From Eledone cirrhosa (Eukaryota): 64,000 nucleotides of DNA. The position numbers and the translations under genes are program-made. Position 1 is the stretch's first letter. Each line of letters begins with the position of its first letter. The stretch spans positions 346,642,001 to 346,706,000 of the forward strand of contig OZ024742.1 in NCBI GenBank assembly GCA_964016885.1, in the 5' to 3' direction. The notes under the pieces are model-generated. The model saw only the letters and a list, made by a program, of their open reading frames with translations. It was not told the DNA's origin and made no database searches. Shown here in pieces: positions 16,501 through 32,700 of this stretch.

Positions 16501-19500
16501 TCTTGTAATATAAGCCGACATTAAGATACTTGTAATATAAGCCTTCATTAAGATACTTATAATATAAGCCAACATTAAGATATTTGTATTATAAGCCTAC
16601 ATTAAGATACTTGTAATATAAGCCTACATTAAGATAATTGTATTATAAGCCTACATTAAGATACTTGTAATATAAGCCTAAATTAAGATACTTGTATTAT
16701 AAGCACACATTAAGATACTTGTAATATAAGCCAACATTAAGATACTTGTATTATAAGCCTACATTAAGATACTTGGAATATAAGCCTACATTAAGATACT
16801 TGTATTATAAGCCAATATTAAGATACTTGTATTATAATCCCACATTAAGATACTTGTAATATAAGCTTACATTAAGATACTTGTATTATAAGCCGACATT
16901 AAGATACTTGTATTATAATCCCACATTAAGATACTTGTAATATAAGCCTACATTAAGATACTTGTATTATAAGCCCACATTAAGACACGTGTAATATAAG
17001 CCAACATTAAGATACTTGTAATATAAGCCTTAATTAAGATGCTCGTAATATAAGCCTCCATTAAGATACTTGTATTATAAGCCTACATTAAGATACTTGT
17101 ATTATAAGCCAACATTAAGATACTTGTAATATAAGCCTTCATTAAGATACTTGTAATATAAGTCTACATTAAGATACTTGTAATATAAGCCTACATAAAG
17201 ATACTTGTATTATAAGCCTACATTAAGATACTTGTATTATAAGCCTACATTAAGATACTTGTAATATAAGCCAACATTAAGATACTTGTAATATAAGCCA
17301 ACATTAAGATACTTGTATTATAAGCCTACATTAAGATACTTGTAATATAAGCCCACATTAAGATACTTGTAATATAAGCCTACATTAAGATACGTGTAAT
17401 ATAAGCCTACATTAAGATACTTGTAATATAAGCCTACATTAAGATACATGTAATATAAGCCTTCATTAAGATACTTGTAATATAAGCCTACTTTAAGATA
17501 CTTGTATTATAAGCCTACATTAAGATACTTGTATTATAAGCCCAGATTAAGACACTTGTAATATAAGCCTACATTAAGATACTTGTATTATAAGTCTACA
17601 TTAAGATACTTGTAATATAAGCCCGCATTAAGATACTTGTATTATAAGCCTAAATTAAGATACTTGTAATATAAGACTACATTAAGATACTTGTATTATA
17701 ACCCTACATTAAGATACTTGCATTATAAGTCCACATTAAGATACTTGTAATATAAGCCTACATTAAGATACTTGTATTATAAGCCTACATTAAGATACTT
17801 GTATTATAAGCCCACATTAAGATACTTGTAATATAATCTCACATTAAGATACTTGTAATATAATCCCACATTAAGATACTTGTTATATAATCCAACATTA
17901 AGATACTTGTAATATAAGCCTACATTAAGATACTTGTAATATAATCCCACATTAAGATACTTGTAATATAAGCCTAGGTTAAGATACGTGTAATATAAGC
18001 CAACATTAAGATACTTGTAATATAAGCCTACATTAAGATACTCGTAATATAAGCCTACATTAAGATACTTGTAATATAAGCCAACATTAAGATACTTGTA
18101 TTATAAGCCTACATTAAGATACTTGTAATATAAGCCGACATTAAGATACTTGTAATATATGCAAAAATTAAGATACTTGTAATATAAGCCCACATTAAGA
18201 TACTTGTAATATAAGCCTTCATTAAGATACCTGTATTATAAACCTACATTAAGATACTTGTAATATAAGCCTAAATTAAGATAGTTGTATTATAAGCATA
18301 CATTAAGATACTTGTATTATAAGCCGACATTAAGATACTTGTAATATAAGCCAACATTAAGATACTTGTAATATAAGCCTACATTAAGATACTTGTAATA
18401 TAAGCCTACATTAAGATACTTGTATTATAAGCCTACATTAAGATACTTGTATTATAATCCCACATTAAGATACTTGTAATATAAGCCTACATTAAGATAC
18501 TTGTATTATAAGCCCACATTCAGATACTTGTATTATAAGCCCACATTAAGATACTTGTAATATAAGCCAACATTAAGATACTTGTAATATAAGTCTACAT
18601 TAAGATACTCGTAATATAAGCCTACATTAAGATGCTTGTAATATAAGCCTACATTAAGATACTTGTAATATAATCCTACATTAAGATACTTGTAATATAA
18701 GCCTACATTAAGATACTCGTAATATAAGCCTACATTAAGATACTTGTATTATAAGCCTACATTAAGATACTTGTAATATAATCCCACATTAAGATACTTG
18801 TATTATAAGCCTTCATTAAGATACTTGTAATATAAGCCTACATTAAGATACTTGTATTATAAGCCTACATTGAGATACTTGTATTATAAGCCCACATTAA
18901 GACACTTGTAATATAAGCCAACATTAAGATACTTGTAATATAAGCCTACATTAAGATACTTGTATTATAAGCCTACATTAAGATACTTGTAATATAAGCC
19001 TACATTAAGATACTTGTATTATAAGCCCACATTAAAATACTTGTATTATAAGCCCACATTAAGATACTTGTAATATAAGCCTACATTAAGATACTTGTAT
19101 TATAAGCCCACATTAAGATACGTGTAATATAAGCCAACATTAAGATACTTGTAATATAAGCCTAAATTAAGATACTCGTAATATAAGCCTCCATTAAGAT
19201 ACTTTTATTATAAGCCTACATTAAGATACTTGTATTATAAGCCCACATTAAGATACTTGTAATATAAGCCTTCATTAAGATACTTGTAATATAAGTCTAC
19301 ATTAAGATACTTGTAATATAAGCCTACATTAAGATACTTGTATTATAAGCCTACATTAAGATACTTGTAATATAAGCCGACATTAAGACACTTGTAATAT
19401 AAGCGAAAATTAAGATACTTGTAATATAAGCCCACATTAAGATACTTGTAATATAAGCCTTCATTAAGATACTAGTATTATAAGCCTACATTAAGATACT

Positions 19501-22500
19501 TGTATTATAAGCCTACATTAAGATACTTGTATTATAAGCCTACATTAAGATACTTGTAATATAAGCCTAAATTAAGATAGTTGTATTATAAGCATACATT
19601 AAGATACTTGTATTATAAGCCGACATTAAGATACTTGTAATATAAGCCAACATTAAGATACTTGTATTATAAGCCTACATTAAGATACTTGTAATATAAG
19701 CCTCCATTAAGATACTTGTATTATAAGCCTACATTAAGATACTTGTATTATAAGCCCACATTAAGATACTTGTAATATAAGCCAACATTAAGATACTTGT
19801 ATTATAAGCCTACATTAAGATACTTGTAATATAAGCCTCCATTAAGATACTTGTATTATAAGCCTACATTAAGATACTTGTAATATAAGCCAACATTAAG
19901 ATACTTGTAATATAAGCCAACATTAAGATACTTGTATTATAAGCCTACATTAAGATACTTGTAATATAAGCCGACATTAAGATACTTGTAATATATGCGA
20001 AAATTAAGATACTTGTAATATAAGCCAACATTAAGATACTTGTAATATAAGCCTTCATTAAGATACCTGTATTATAAGCCTGCATTAAGATACTTGTAAT
20101 ATAACCCTACATTAAGATACATGTATTATAAGCCTACATTAAGATACTTGTAATATAAGCCTAAATTAAGATAGTTGTATTATAAGCATACATTAAGATA
20201 CTTGTATTATAAGCCTACATTAAGATACTTGTAATATAAGCCAACATTAAGATACTTGTATTATAAGCCTACATTAAGATACTTGTAATATAAGCCTGCA
20301 TTAAGATACTTGTATTATAAGCCTACATTAAGATACTTGTATTATAATCCCACATTAAGATACTTGTAATATAAGCCTACATTAAGATACTTGTATTATA
20401 AGCACACATTCAGATACTTGTATTATAAGCCTACATTAAGATACTTGTAATATAAGCCAACATTAAGATACTTGTAATATAAGTCTACATTAAGATACTC
20501 GTAATATAAGCCTACATTAAGATGCTTGTAATATAAGCCTACATTAAGATACTTGTAATATAATCCTACATTAAGATACTTGTAATATAAGCCTACATTA
20601 AGATACTCGTAATATAAGCCTACATTAAGATACTTGTATTATAAGCCTACATTAAGATACTTGTAATATAATCCCACATTAATATACTTGTATTATAAGC
20701 CTTCATTAAGATACTTGTAATATAAGCCTACATTAAGATACTTGTATTATAAGCCTACATTGAGATACTTGTATTATAAGCCCACATTAAGACACTTGTA
20801 ATATAAGCCAACATTAAGATACTTGTAATATAAGCCTCCATTAAGATACTTGTATAATAAGCCTACATTAAGATACTTGTAATATAAGCCTACATTAAGA
20901 TACTTGTATTATAAGCCTTCATTAAGATACTTGTAATATAAGCCTACATTAAGATACTTGTATTATAAGCCTTCATTGAGATACTTGTATTATAAGCCAA
21001 CATTAAGACACTTGTAATATAAGCCTACATTAAGATACTTGTATTATAAGTCTACATTAAGAGACTTGTAATATAAGCCGACATTAAGATACTTGTATTA
21101 TAAGCCTACATTAAGATACTTGTAATATAAGCCTACATTAAGATACTTGTATTATAAGCCTACATTAAGATACTTGCATTATAAGCCCACATTAAGATAC
21201 TTGTAATATAAGCCTACATTAAGATACTTGTATTATAATCCTACATTAAGATACTTGTATTATAAGCCCACATTAAGATACTTGTAATATAATCCCACAT
21301 TAAGATACTTGTAATATAATCCCACGTTAAGATACGTGTAAAATAAGCCAACATTAAGATACTTGTAATATAAGCCTACATTAAGATACTCGTAATATAA
21401 GCCTACATTAAGATACTTGTAATATAAGCCAACATTAAGATACTTGTAATATAAGCCCACATTAAGATACTTGTAATATAAGCCAACATTAAGATACTTG
21501 TATTATAAGCCTACATTAAAATTCTTGTAATATAAGCCGACATTAAGATACTTGTAATATAAGCCTTCATTAAGATACTTATAATATAAGCCAACATTAA
21601 GATATTTGTATTATAAGCCTACATTAAGATACTTGTAATATAAGCCTACATTAAGATAATTGTATTATAAGCCTACATTAAGATACTTGTAATATAAGCC
21701 TAAATTAAGATACTTGTATTATAAGCACACATTAAGATACTTGTAATATAAGCCAACATTAAGATACTTGTATTATAAGCCTACATTAAGATACTTGTAA
21801 TATAAGCCGACATTAAGATACTTGTAATATATGCAAAAATTAAGATACTTGTAATATAAGCCCACATTAAGATACTTGTAATATAAGCCTTCATTAAGAT
21901 ACCTGTATTATAAACCTAAATTAAGATACTTGTAATATAAGCCTAAATTAAGATAGTTGTATTATAAGCATACATTAAGATACTTGTATTATAAGCCGAC
22001 ATTAAGATACTTGTAATATAAGCCAACATTAAGATACTTGTAATATAAGCCTACATTAAGATACTTGTAATATAAGCCTACATTAAGATACTTGTATTAT
22101 AAGCCTACATTAAGATACTTGTATTATAATCCCACATTAAGATACTTGTAATATAAGCCTACATTAAGATACTTGTATTATAAGCCCACATTCAGATACT
22201 TGTATTATAAGCCCACATTAAGATACTTGTAATATAAGCCAACATTAAGATACTTGTAATATAAGTCTACATTAAGATACTCGTAATATAAGCCTACATT
22301 AAGATGCTTGTAATATAAGCCTACATTAAGATACTTGTAATATAATCCTACATTAAGATACTTGTAATATAAGCCTACATTAAGATACTCGTAATATAAG
22401 CCTACATTAAGATACTTGTATTATAAGCCTACATTAAGATACTTGTAATATAATCCCACATTAAGATACTTGTATTATAAGCCTTCATTAAGATACTTGT

Positions 22501-25500
22501 AATATAAGCCTACATTAAGATACTTGTATTATAAGCCTACATTGAGATACTTGTATTATAAGCCCACATTAAGACACTTGTAATATAAGCCAACATTAAG
22601 ATACTTGTAATATAAGCCTACATTAAGATACTTGTATTATAAGCCTACATTAAGATACTTGTAATATAAGCCTACATTAAGATACTTGTATTATAAGCCC
22701 ACATTAAAATACTTGTATTATAAGCCCACATTAAGATACTTGTAATATAAGCCTACATTAAGATACTTGTATTATAAGCCAACATTAAGATACGTGTAAT
22801 ATAAGCCAACATTAAGATACTTGTAATATAAGCCTAAATTAAGATACTCGTAATATAAGCCTCCATTAAGATACTTTTATTATAAGCCTACATTAAGATA
22901 CTTGTATTATAAGCCCACATTAAGATACTTGTAATATAAGCCTTCATTAAGATACTTGTAATATAAGTCTACATTAAGATACTTGTAATATAAGCCTACA
23001 TTAAGATACTTGTATTATAAGCCTACATTAAGATACTTGTAATATAAGCCGACATTAAGACACTTGTAATATAAGCGAAAATTAAGATACTTGTAATATA
23101 AGCCCACATTAAGATACTTGTAATATAAGCCTTCATTAAGATACTTGTATTATAAGCCTACATTAAGATACTTGTATTATAAGCCTACATTAAGATACTT
23201 GTATTATAAGCCTACATTAAGATACTTGTAATATAAGCCTAAATTAAGATAGTTGTATTATAAGCATACATTAAGATACTTGTATTATAAGCCGACATTA
23301 AGATACTTGTAATATAAGCCAACATTAAGATACTTGTATTATAAGCCTACATTAAGATACTTGTAATATAAGCCTCCATTAAGATACTTGTATTATAAGC
23401 CTACATTAAGATACTTGTATTATAAGCCCACATTAAGATACTTGTAATATAAGCCAACATTAAGATACTTGTATTATAAGCCTACATTAAGATACTTGTA
23501 ATATAAGCCTCCATTAAGATACTTGTATTATAAGCCTACATTAAGATACTTGTAATATAAGCCAACATTAAGATACTTGTAATATAAGCCAACATTAAGA
23601 TACTTGTATTATAAGCCTTCATTAAGATACTTGTAATATAAGCCGACATTAAGATACTTGTAATATATGCGAAAATTAAGATACTTGTAATATAAGCCAA
23701 CATTAAGATACTTGTAATATAAGCCTTCATTAAGATACCTGTATTATAAGCCTGCATTAAGATACTTGTAATATAACCCTACATTAAGATACATGTATTA
23801 TAAGCCTACATTAAGATACTTGTAATATAAGCCTAAATTAAGATAGTTGTATTATAAGCATACATTAAGATACTTGTATTATAAGCCTACATTAAGATAC
23901 TTGTAATATAAGCCAACATTAAGATACTTGTATTATAAGCCTACATTAAGATACTTGTAATATAAGCCTGCATTAAGATACTTGTATTATAAGCCTACAT
24001 TAAGATACTTGTATTATAATCCCACATTAAGATACTTGTAATATAAGCCTACATTAAGATACTTGTATTATAAGCACACATTCAGATACTTGTATTATAA
24101 GCCTACATTAAGATACTTGTAATATAAGCCAACATTAAGATACTTGTAATATAAGTCTACATTAAGATACTCGTAATATAAGCCTACATTAAGATGCTTG
24201 TAATATAAGCCTACATTAAGATACTTGTAATATAATCCTACATTAAGATACTTGTAATATAAGCCTACATTAAGATACTCGTAATATAAGCCTACATTAA
24301 GATACTTGTATTATAAGCCTACATTAAGATACTTGTAATATAATCCCACATTAAGATACTTGTATTATAAGCCTTCATTAAGATACTTGTAATATAAGCC
24401 TACATTAAGATACTTGTATTATAAGCCTACATTGAGATACTTGTATTATAAGCCCACATTAAGACACTTGTAATATAAGCCAACATTAAGATACTTGTAA
24501 TATAAGCCTCCATTAAGATACTTGTATAATAAGCCTACATTAAGATACTTGTAATATAAGCCTACATTAAGATACTTGTATTATAAGCCTTCATTAAGAT
24601 ACTTGTAATATAAGCCTACATTAAGATACTTGTATTATAAGCCTTCATTGAGATACTTGTATTATAAGCCAACATTAAGACACTTGTAATATAAGCCTAC
24701 ATTAAGATACTTGTATTATAAGTCTACATTAAGAGACTTGTAATATAAGCCGACATTAAGATACTTGTATTATAAGCCTACATTAAGATACTTGTAATAT
24801 AAGCCTACATTAAGATACTTGTATTATAAGCCTACATTAAGATACTTGCATTATAAGCCCACATTAAGATACTTGTAATATAAGCCTACATTAAGATACT
24901 TGTATTATAATCCTACATTAAGATACTTGTATTATAAGCCCACATTAAGATACTTGTAATATAATCCCACATTAAGATACTTGTAATATAATCCCACGTT
25001 AAGATACGTGTAAAATAAGCCAACATTAAGATACTTGTAATATAAGCCTACATTAAGATACTCGTAATATAAGCCTACATTAAGATACTTGTAATATAAG
25101 CCAACATTAAGATACTTGTAATATAAGCCCACATTAAGATACTTGTAATATAAGCCAACATTAAGATACTTGTATTATAAGCCTACATTAAAATTCTTGT
25201 AATATAAGCCGACATTAAGATACATGTAATATAAGCCTTCATTAAGATACTTATAATATAAGCCAACATTAAGATATTTGTATTATAAGCCTACATTAAG
25301 ATACTTGTAATATAAGCCTACATTAAGATAATTGTATTATAAGCCTACATTAAGATACTTGTAATATAAGCCTAAATTAAGATACTTGTATTATAAGCAC
25401 ACATTAAGATACTTGTAATATAAGCCAACATTAAGATACTTGTATTATAAGCCTACATTAAGATACTTGGAATATAAGCCTACATTAAGATACTTGTATT

Positions 25501-28500
25501 ATAAGCCAATATTAAGATACTTGTATTATAATCCCACATTAAGATACTTGTAATATAAGCTTACATTAAGATACTTGTATTATAAGCCGACATTAAGATA
25601 CTTGTATTATAATCCCACATTAAGATACTTGTAATATAAGCCTACATTAAGATACTTGTATTATAAGCCCACATTAAGATACGTGTAATATAAGCCAACA
25701 TTAAGATACTTGTAATATAAGCCTAAATTAAGATGCTCGTAATATAAGCCTCCATTAAGATACTTGTATTATAAGCCTACATTAAGATACTTGTATTATA
25801 AGCCAACATTAAGATACTTGTAATATAAGCCTTCATTAAGATACTTGTAATATAAGTCTACATTAAGATACTTGTAATATAAGCCTACATAAAGATACTT
25901 GTATTATAAGCCTACATTAAGATACTTGTATTATAAGCCTACATTAAGATACTTGTAATATAAGCCAACATTAATATACTTGTAATATAAGCCAACATTA
26001 AGATACTTGTATTATAAGCCTACATTAAGATACTTGTAATATAAGCCCACATTAAGATACTTGTAATATAAGCCTACATTAAGATACGTGTAATATAAGC
26101 CTACATTAAGATACTTGTAATATAAGCCTACATTAAGATACATGTAATATAAGCCTTCATTAAGATACTTGTAATATAAGCCTACTTTAAGATACTTGTA
26201 TTATAAGCCTACATTAAGATACTTGTATTATAAGCCCAGATTAAGACACTTGTAATATAAGCCTACATTAAGATACTTGTATTATAAGTCTACATTAAGA
26301 TACTTGTAATATAAGCCCGCATTAAGATACTTGTATTATAAGCCTAAATTAAGATACTTGTAATATAAGACTACATTAAGATACTTGTATTATAACCCTA
26401 CATTAAGATACTTGCATTATAAGTCCACATTAAGATACTTGTAATATAAGCCTACATTAAGATACTTGTATTATAAGCCTACATTAAGATACTTGTATTA
26501 TAAGCCCACATTAAGATACTTGTAATATAATCTCACATTAAGATACTTGTAATATAATCCCACATTAAGATACTTGTTATATAATCCAACATTAAGATAC
26601 TTGTAATATAAGCCTACATTAAGATACTTGTAATATAATCCCACATTAAGATACTTGTAATATAAGACTAGGTTAAGATACGTGTAATATAAGCCAACAT
26701 TAAGATACTTGTAATATAAGCCTACATTAAGATACTCGTAATATAAGCCTACATTAAGATACTTGTAATATAAGCCAACATTAAGATACTTGTATTATAA
26801 GCCTACATTAAGATACTTGTAATATAAGCCGACATTAAGATACCTGTATTATAAACCTACATTAAGATACTTGTAATATAAGCCTAAATTAAGATAGTTG
26901 TATTATAAGCATACATTAAGATACTTGTATTATAAGCCGACATTAAGATACTTGTAATATAAGCCTACATTAAGATACTTGTAATATAAGCCTACATTAA
27001 GATACTTGTATTATAAGCCTACATTAAGATACTTGTATTATAATCCCACATTAAGATACTTGTAATATAAGCCTACATTAAGATACTTGTATTATAAGCC
27101 CACATTCAGATACTTGTATTATAAGCCCACATTAAGATACTTGTAATATAAGCCAACATTAAGATACTTGTAATATAAGTCTACATTAAGATACTCGTAA
27201 TATAAGCCTACATTAAGATGCTTGTAATATAAGCCTACATTAAGATACTTGTATTATAAGCCTACATTAAGATACTTGTAATATAATCCCACATTAAGAT
27301 ACTTGTATTATAAGCCTTCATTAAGATACTTGTAATATAAGCCTACATTAAGATACTTGTATTATAAGCCTACATTGAGATACTTGTATTATAAGCCCAC
27401 ATTAAGACACTTGTAATATAAGCCAACATTAAGATACTTGTAATATAAGCCTACATTAAGATACTTGTATTATAAGCCTACATTAAGATACTTGTAATAT
27501 AAGCCTACATTAAGATACTTGTATTATAAGCCCACATTAAAATACTTGTATTATAAGCCCACATTAAGATACTTGTAATATAAGCCTACATTAAGATATT
27601 TGTATTATAAGCCCACATTAAGATACGTGTAATATAAGCCAACATTAAGATACTTGTAATATAAGCCTAAATTAAGATACTCGTAATATAAGCCTCCATT
27701 AAGATACTTTTATTATAAGCCTACATTAAGATACTTGTATTATAAGCCCACATTAAGATACTTGTAATATAAGCCTTCATTAAGATACTTGTAATATAAG
27801 TCTACATTAAGATACTTGTAATATAAGCCTACATTAAGATACTTGTATTATAAGCCTACATTAAGATACTTGTAATATAAGCCGACATTAAGACACTTGT
27901 AATATAAGCGAAAATTAAGATACTTGTAATATAAGCCCACATTAAGATACTTGTAATATAAGCCTTCATTAAGATACTTGTATTATAAGCCTACATTAAG
28001 ATACTTGTATTATAAGCCTACATTAAGATACTTGTATTATAAGCCTACATTAAGATACTTGTAATATAAGCCTAAATTAAGATAGTTGTATTATAAGCAT
28101 ACATTAAGATACTTGTATTATAAGCCGACATTAAGATACTTGTAATATAAGCCAACATTAAGATACTTGTATTATAAGCCTACATTAAGATACTTGTAAT
28201 ATAAGCCTCCATTAAGATACTTGTATTATAAGCCTACATTAAGATACTTGTATTATAAGCCCACATTAAGATACTTGTAATATAAGCCAACATTAAGATA
28301 CTTGTATTATAAGCCTACATTAAGATACTTGTAATATAAGCCTCCATTAAGATACTTGTATTATAAGCCTACATTAAGATACTTGTAATATAAGCCAACA
28401 TTAAGATACTTGTAATATAAGCCAACATTAAGATACTTGTATTATAAGCCTACATTAAGATACTTGTAATATAAGCCGACATTAAGATACTTGTAATATA

Positions 28501-29754
28501 TGCGGAAATTAAGATACTTGTAATATAAGCCAACATTAAGATACTTGTAATATAAGCCTTCATTAAGATACCTGTATTATAAGCCTGCATTAAGATACTT
28601 GTAATATAACCCTACATTAAGATACATGTATTATAAGCCTACATTAAGATACTTGTAATATAAGCCTAAATTAAGATAGTTGTATTATAAGCATACATTA
28701 AGATACTTGTATTATAAGCCTACATTAAGATACTTGTAATATAAGCCAACATTAAGATACTTGTATTATAAGCCTACATTAAGATACTTGTAATATAAGC
28801 CTGCATTAAGATACTTGTATTATAAGCCTACATTAAAATACTTGTATTATAATCCCACATTAAGATACTTGTAATATAAGCCTACATTAAGATACTTGTA
28901 TTATAAGCACACATTCAGATACTTGTATTATAAGCCTACATTAAGATACTTGTAATATAAGCCAACATTAAGATACTTGTAATATAAGTCTACATTAAGA
29001 TACTCGTAATATAAGCCTACATTAAGATGCTTGTAATATAAGCCTACATTAAGATACTTGTAATATAATCCTACATTAAGATACTTGTAATATAAGCCTA
29101 CATTAAGATACTCGTAATATAAGCCTACATTAAGATACTTGTATTATAAGCCTACATTAAGATACTTGTAATATAATCCCACATTAAGATACTTGTATTA
29201 TAAGCCTTCATTAAGATACTTGTAATATAAGCCTACATTAAGATACTTGTATTATAAGCCTACATTGAGATACTTGTATTATAAGCCCACATTAAGACAC
29301 TTGTAATATAAGCCAACATTAAGATACTTGTAATATAAGCCTCCATTAAGATACTTGTATTATAAGCCTACATTAAGATACTTGTAATATAAGCCTACAT
29401 TAAGATACTTGTATTATAAGCCTTCATTAAGATACTTGTAATATAAGCCTACATTAAGATACTTGTATTATAAGCCTTCATTGAGATACTTGTATTATAA
29501 GCCAACATTAAGACACTTGTAATATAAGCCTACATTAAGATACTTGTATTATAAGTCTACATTAAGAGACTTGTAATATAAGCCGACATTAAGATACTTG
29601 TATTATAAGCCTACATTAAGATACTTGTAATATAAGCCTACATTAAGATACTTGTATTATAAGCCTACATTAAGATACTTGCATTATAAGCCCACATTAA
29701 GATACTTGTAATATAAGCCTACATTAAGATACTTGTATTATAATCCTACATTAA

Positions 29755-29760
29755 GATTAA
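29755..29760. repeat. 6-bp micro-duplication (ATTAAG-ATTAAG) giving a 33-bp monomer
   Basis: ...CTACATTAAGATTAAGATACTTG...; register shifts by +6. Confidence 0.97.
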
Positions 29761-32700
29761 GATACTTGTATTATAAGCCCACATTAAGATACTTGTAATA
29801 TAATCCCACATTAAGATACTTGTAATATAATCCCACGTTACGATACGTGTAAAATAAGCCAACATTAAGATACTTGTAATATAAGCCTACATTAAGATAC
29901 TCGTAATATAAGCCTACATTAAGATACTTGTAATATAAGCCAACATTAAGATACTTGTAATATAAGCCCACATTAAGATACTTGTAATATAAGCCAACAT
30001 TAAGATACTTGTATTATAAGCCTACATTAAAATACTTGTAATATAAGCCGACATTAAGATACTTGTAATATAAGCCTTCATTAAGATACTTATAATATAA
30101 GCCAACATTAAGATATTTGTATTATAATCCTACATTAAGATACTTGTAATATAAGCCTACATTAAGATAATTGTATTATAAGCCTACATTAAGATACTTG
30201 TAATATAAGCCTAAATTAAGATACTTGTATTATAAGCGCACATTAAGATACTTGTAATATAAGCCAACATTAAGATACTTGTATTATAAGCCTACATTAA
30301 GATACTTGGAATATAAGCCTACATTAAGATACTTGTATTATAAGCCAATATTAAGATACTTGTATTATAATCCCACATTAAGATACTTGTAATATAAGCT
30401 TACATTAAGAGACTTGTATTATAAGCCGACATTAAGATACTTGTATTATAATCCCACATTAAGATACTTGTAATATAAGCCTACATTAAGATACTTGTAT
30501 TATAAGTCCACATTAAGATACGTGTAATATAAGCCAACATTAAGATACTTGTAATATAAGCCTAAATTAAGATGCTCGTAATATAAGCCTCCATTAAGAT
30601 ACTTGTATTATAAGCCTACATTAAGATACTTGTATTATAAGCCAACATTAAGATACTTGTAATATAAGCCTTCATTAAGATACTTGTAATATAAGTCTAC
30701 ATTAAGATACTTGTAATATAAGCCTACATAAAGATACTTGTATTATAAGCCTACATTAAGATACTTGTATTATAAGCCTACATTAAGATACTTGTAATAT
30801 AAGCCAACATTAAGATACTTGTAATATAAGCCAACATTAAGATACTTGTATTATAAGCCTACATTAAGATACTTGTAATATAAGCCCACATTAAGATACT
30901 TGTAATATAAGCCTACATTAAGATACGTGTAATATAAGCCTACATTAAGATACTTGTAATATAAGCCTACATTAAGATACATGTAATATAAGCCTACATT
31001 AAGATACTTGTAATATAAGCCTACATTAAGATACTTGTATTATAAGCCAACATTAAGATACTTGTATTATAATCCCACATTAAGATACTTGTAATATAAG
31101 CCTACATTAAGATACTTGTATTATAAGCCCACATTCAGATACTTGTATTATAAGCCCACATTAAGATACTTGTAATATAAGCCAACATTAAGATACTTGT
31201 AATATAAGTCTACATTAAGATACTCGTAATATAAGCCTACATTAAGATGCTTGTAATATAAGCCTACATTAAGATACTTGTATTATAAGCCTACATTAAG
31301 ATACTTGTAATATAATCCCACATTAAGATACTTGTATTATAAGCCTTCATTAAGATACTTGTAATATAAGCCTACATTAAGATACTTGTATTATAAGCCT
31401 ACATTGAGATACTTGTATTATAAGCCCACATTAAGACACTTGTAATATAAGCCAACATTAAGATACTTGTAATATAAGCCTACATTAAGATACTTGTATT
31501 ATAAGCCTACATTAAGATACTTGTGATATAAGCCTACATTAAGATACTTGTATTATAAGCCCACATTAAAATACTTGTATTATAAGCCCACATTAAGATA
31601 CTTGTAATATAAGCCTACATTAAGATACTTGTATTATAAGCCCACATTAAGATACGTGTAATATAAGCCAACATTAAGATACTTGTAATATAAGCCTAAA
31701 TTAAGATACTCGTAATATAAGCCTCCATTAAGATACTTTTATTATAAGCCTACATTAAGATACTTGTATTATAAGCCCACATTAAGATACTTGTAATATA
31801 AGCCTTCATTAAGATACTTGTAATATAAGTCTACATTAAGATACTTGTAATATAAGCCTACATTAAGATACTTGTATTATAAGCCTACATTAAGATACTT
31901 GTAATATAAGCCGACATTAAGACACTTGTAATATAAGCGAAAATTAAGATACTTGTAATATAAGCCCACATTAAGATACTTGTAATATAAGCCTTCATTA
32001 AGATACTTGTATTATAAGCCTACATTAAGATACTTGTATTATAAGCCTACATTAAGATACTTGTATTATAAGCCTACATTAAGATACTTGTAATATAAGC
32101 CTAAATTAAGATAGTTGTATTATAAGCATACATTAAGATACTTGTATTATAAGCCGACATTAAGATACTTGTAATATAAGCCAACATTAAGATACTTGTA
32201 TTATAAGCCTACATTAAGATACTTGTAATATAAGCCTCCATTAAGATACTTGTATTATAAGCCTACATTAAGATACTTGTATTATAAGCCCACATTAAGA
32301 TACTTGTAATATAAGCCAACATTAAGATACTTGTATTATAAGCCTACATTAAGATACTTGTAATATAAGCCTCCATTAAGATACTTGTATTATAAGCCTA
32401 CATTAAGATACTTGTAATATAAGCCAACATTAAGATACTTGTAATATAAGCCAACATTAAGATACTTGTATTATAAGCCTACATTAAGATACTTGTAATA
32501 TAAGCCGACATTAAGATACTTGTAATATATGCGGAAATTAAGATACTTGTAATATAAGCCAACATTAAGATACTTGTAATATAAGCCTTCATTAAGGTAC
32601 CTGTATTATAAGCCTGCATTAAGATACTTGTAATATAACCCTACATTAAGATACATGTATTATAAGCCTACATTAAGATACTTGTAATATAAGCCTAAAT

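Noticed and set aside
23536-23757. 73 aa ORF (M.AYITSIL repeats)
   Set aside because: A chance run of monomers lacking the CTA (minus-strand TAG), extended by a single CCTTC variant near 23616.
29751-29760. TTAA-containing duplication as a piggyBac target-site footprint
   Set aside because: The duplication is 6 bp, piggyBac excises precisely, and no terminal repeats are present. Replication slippage is sufficient.
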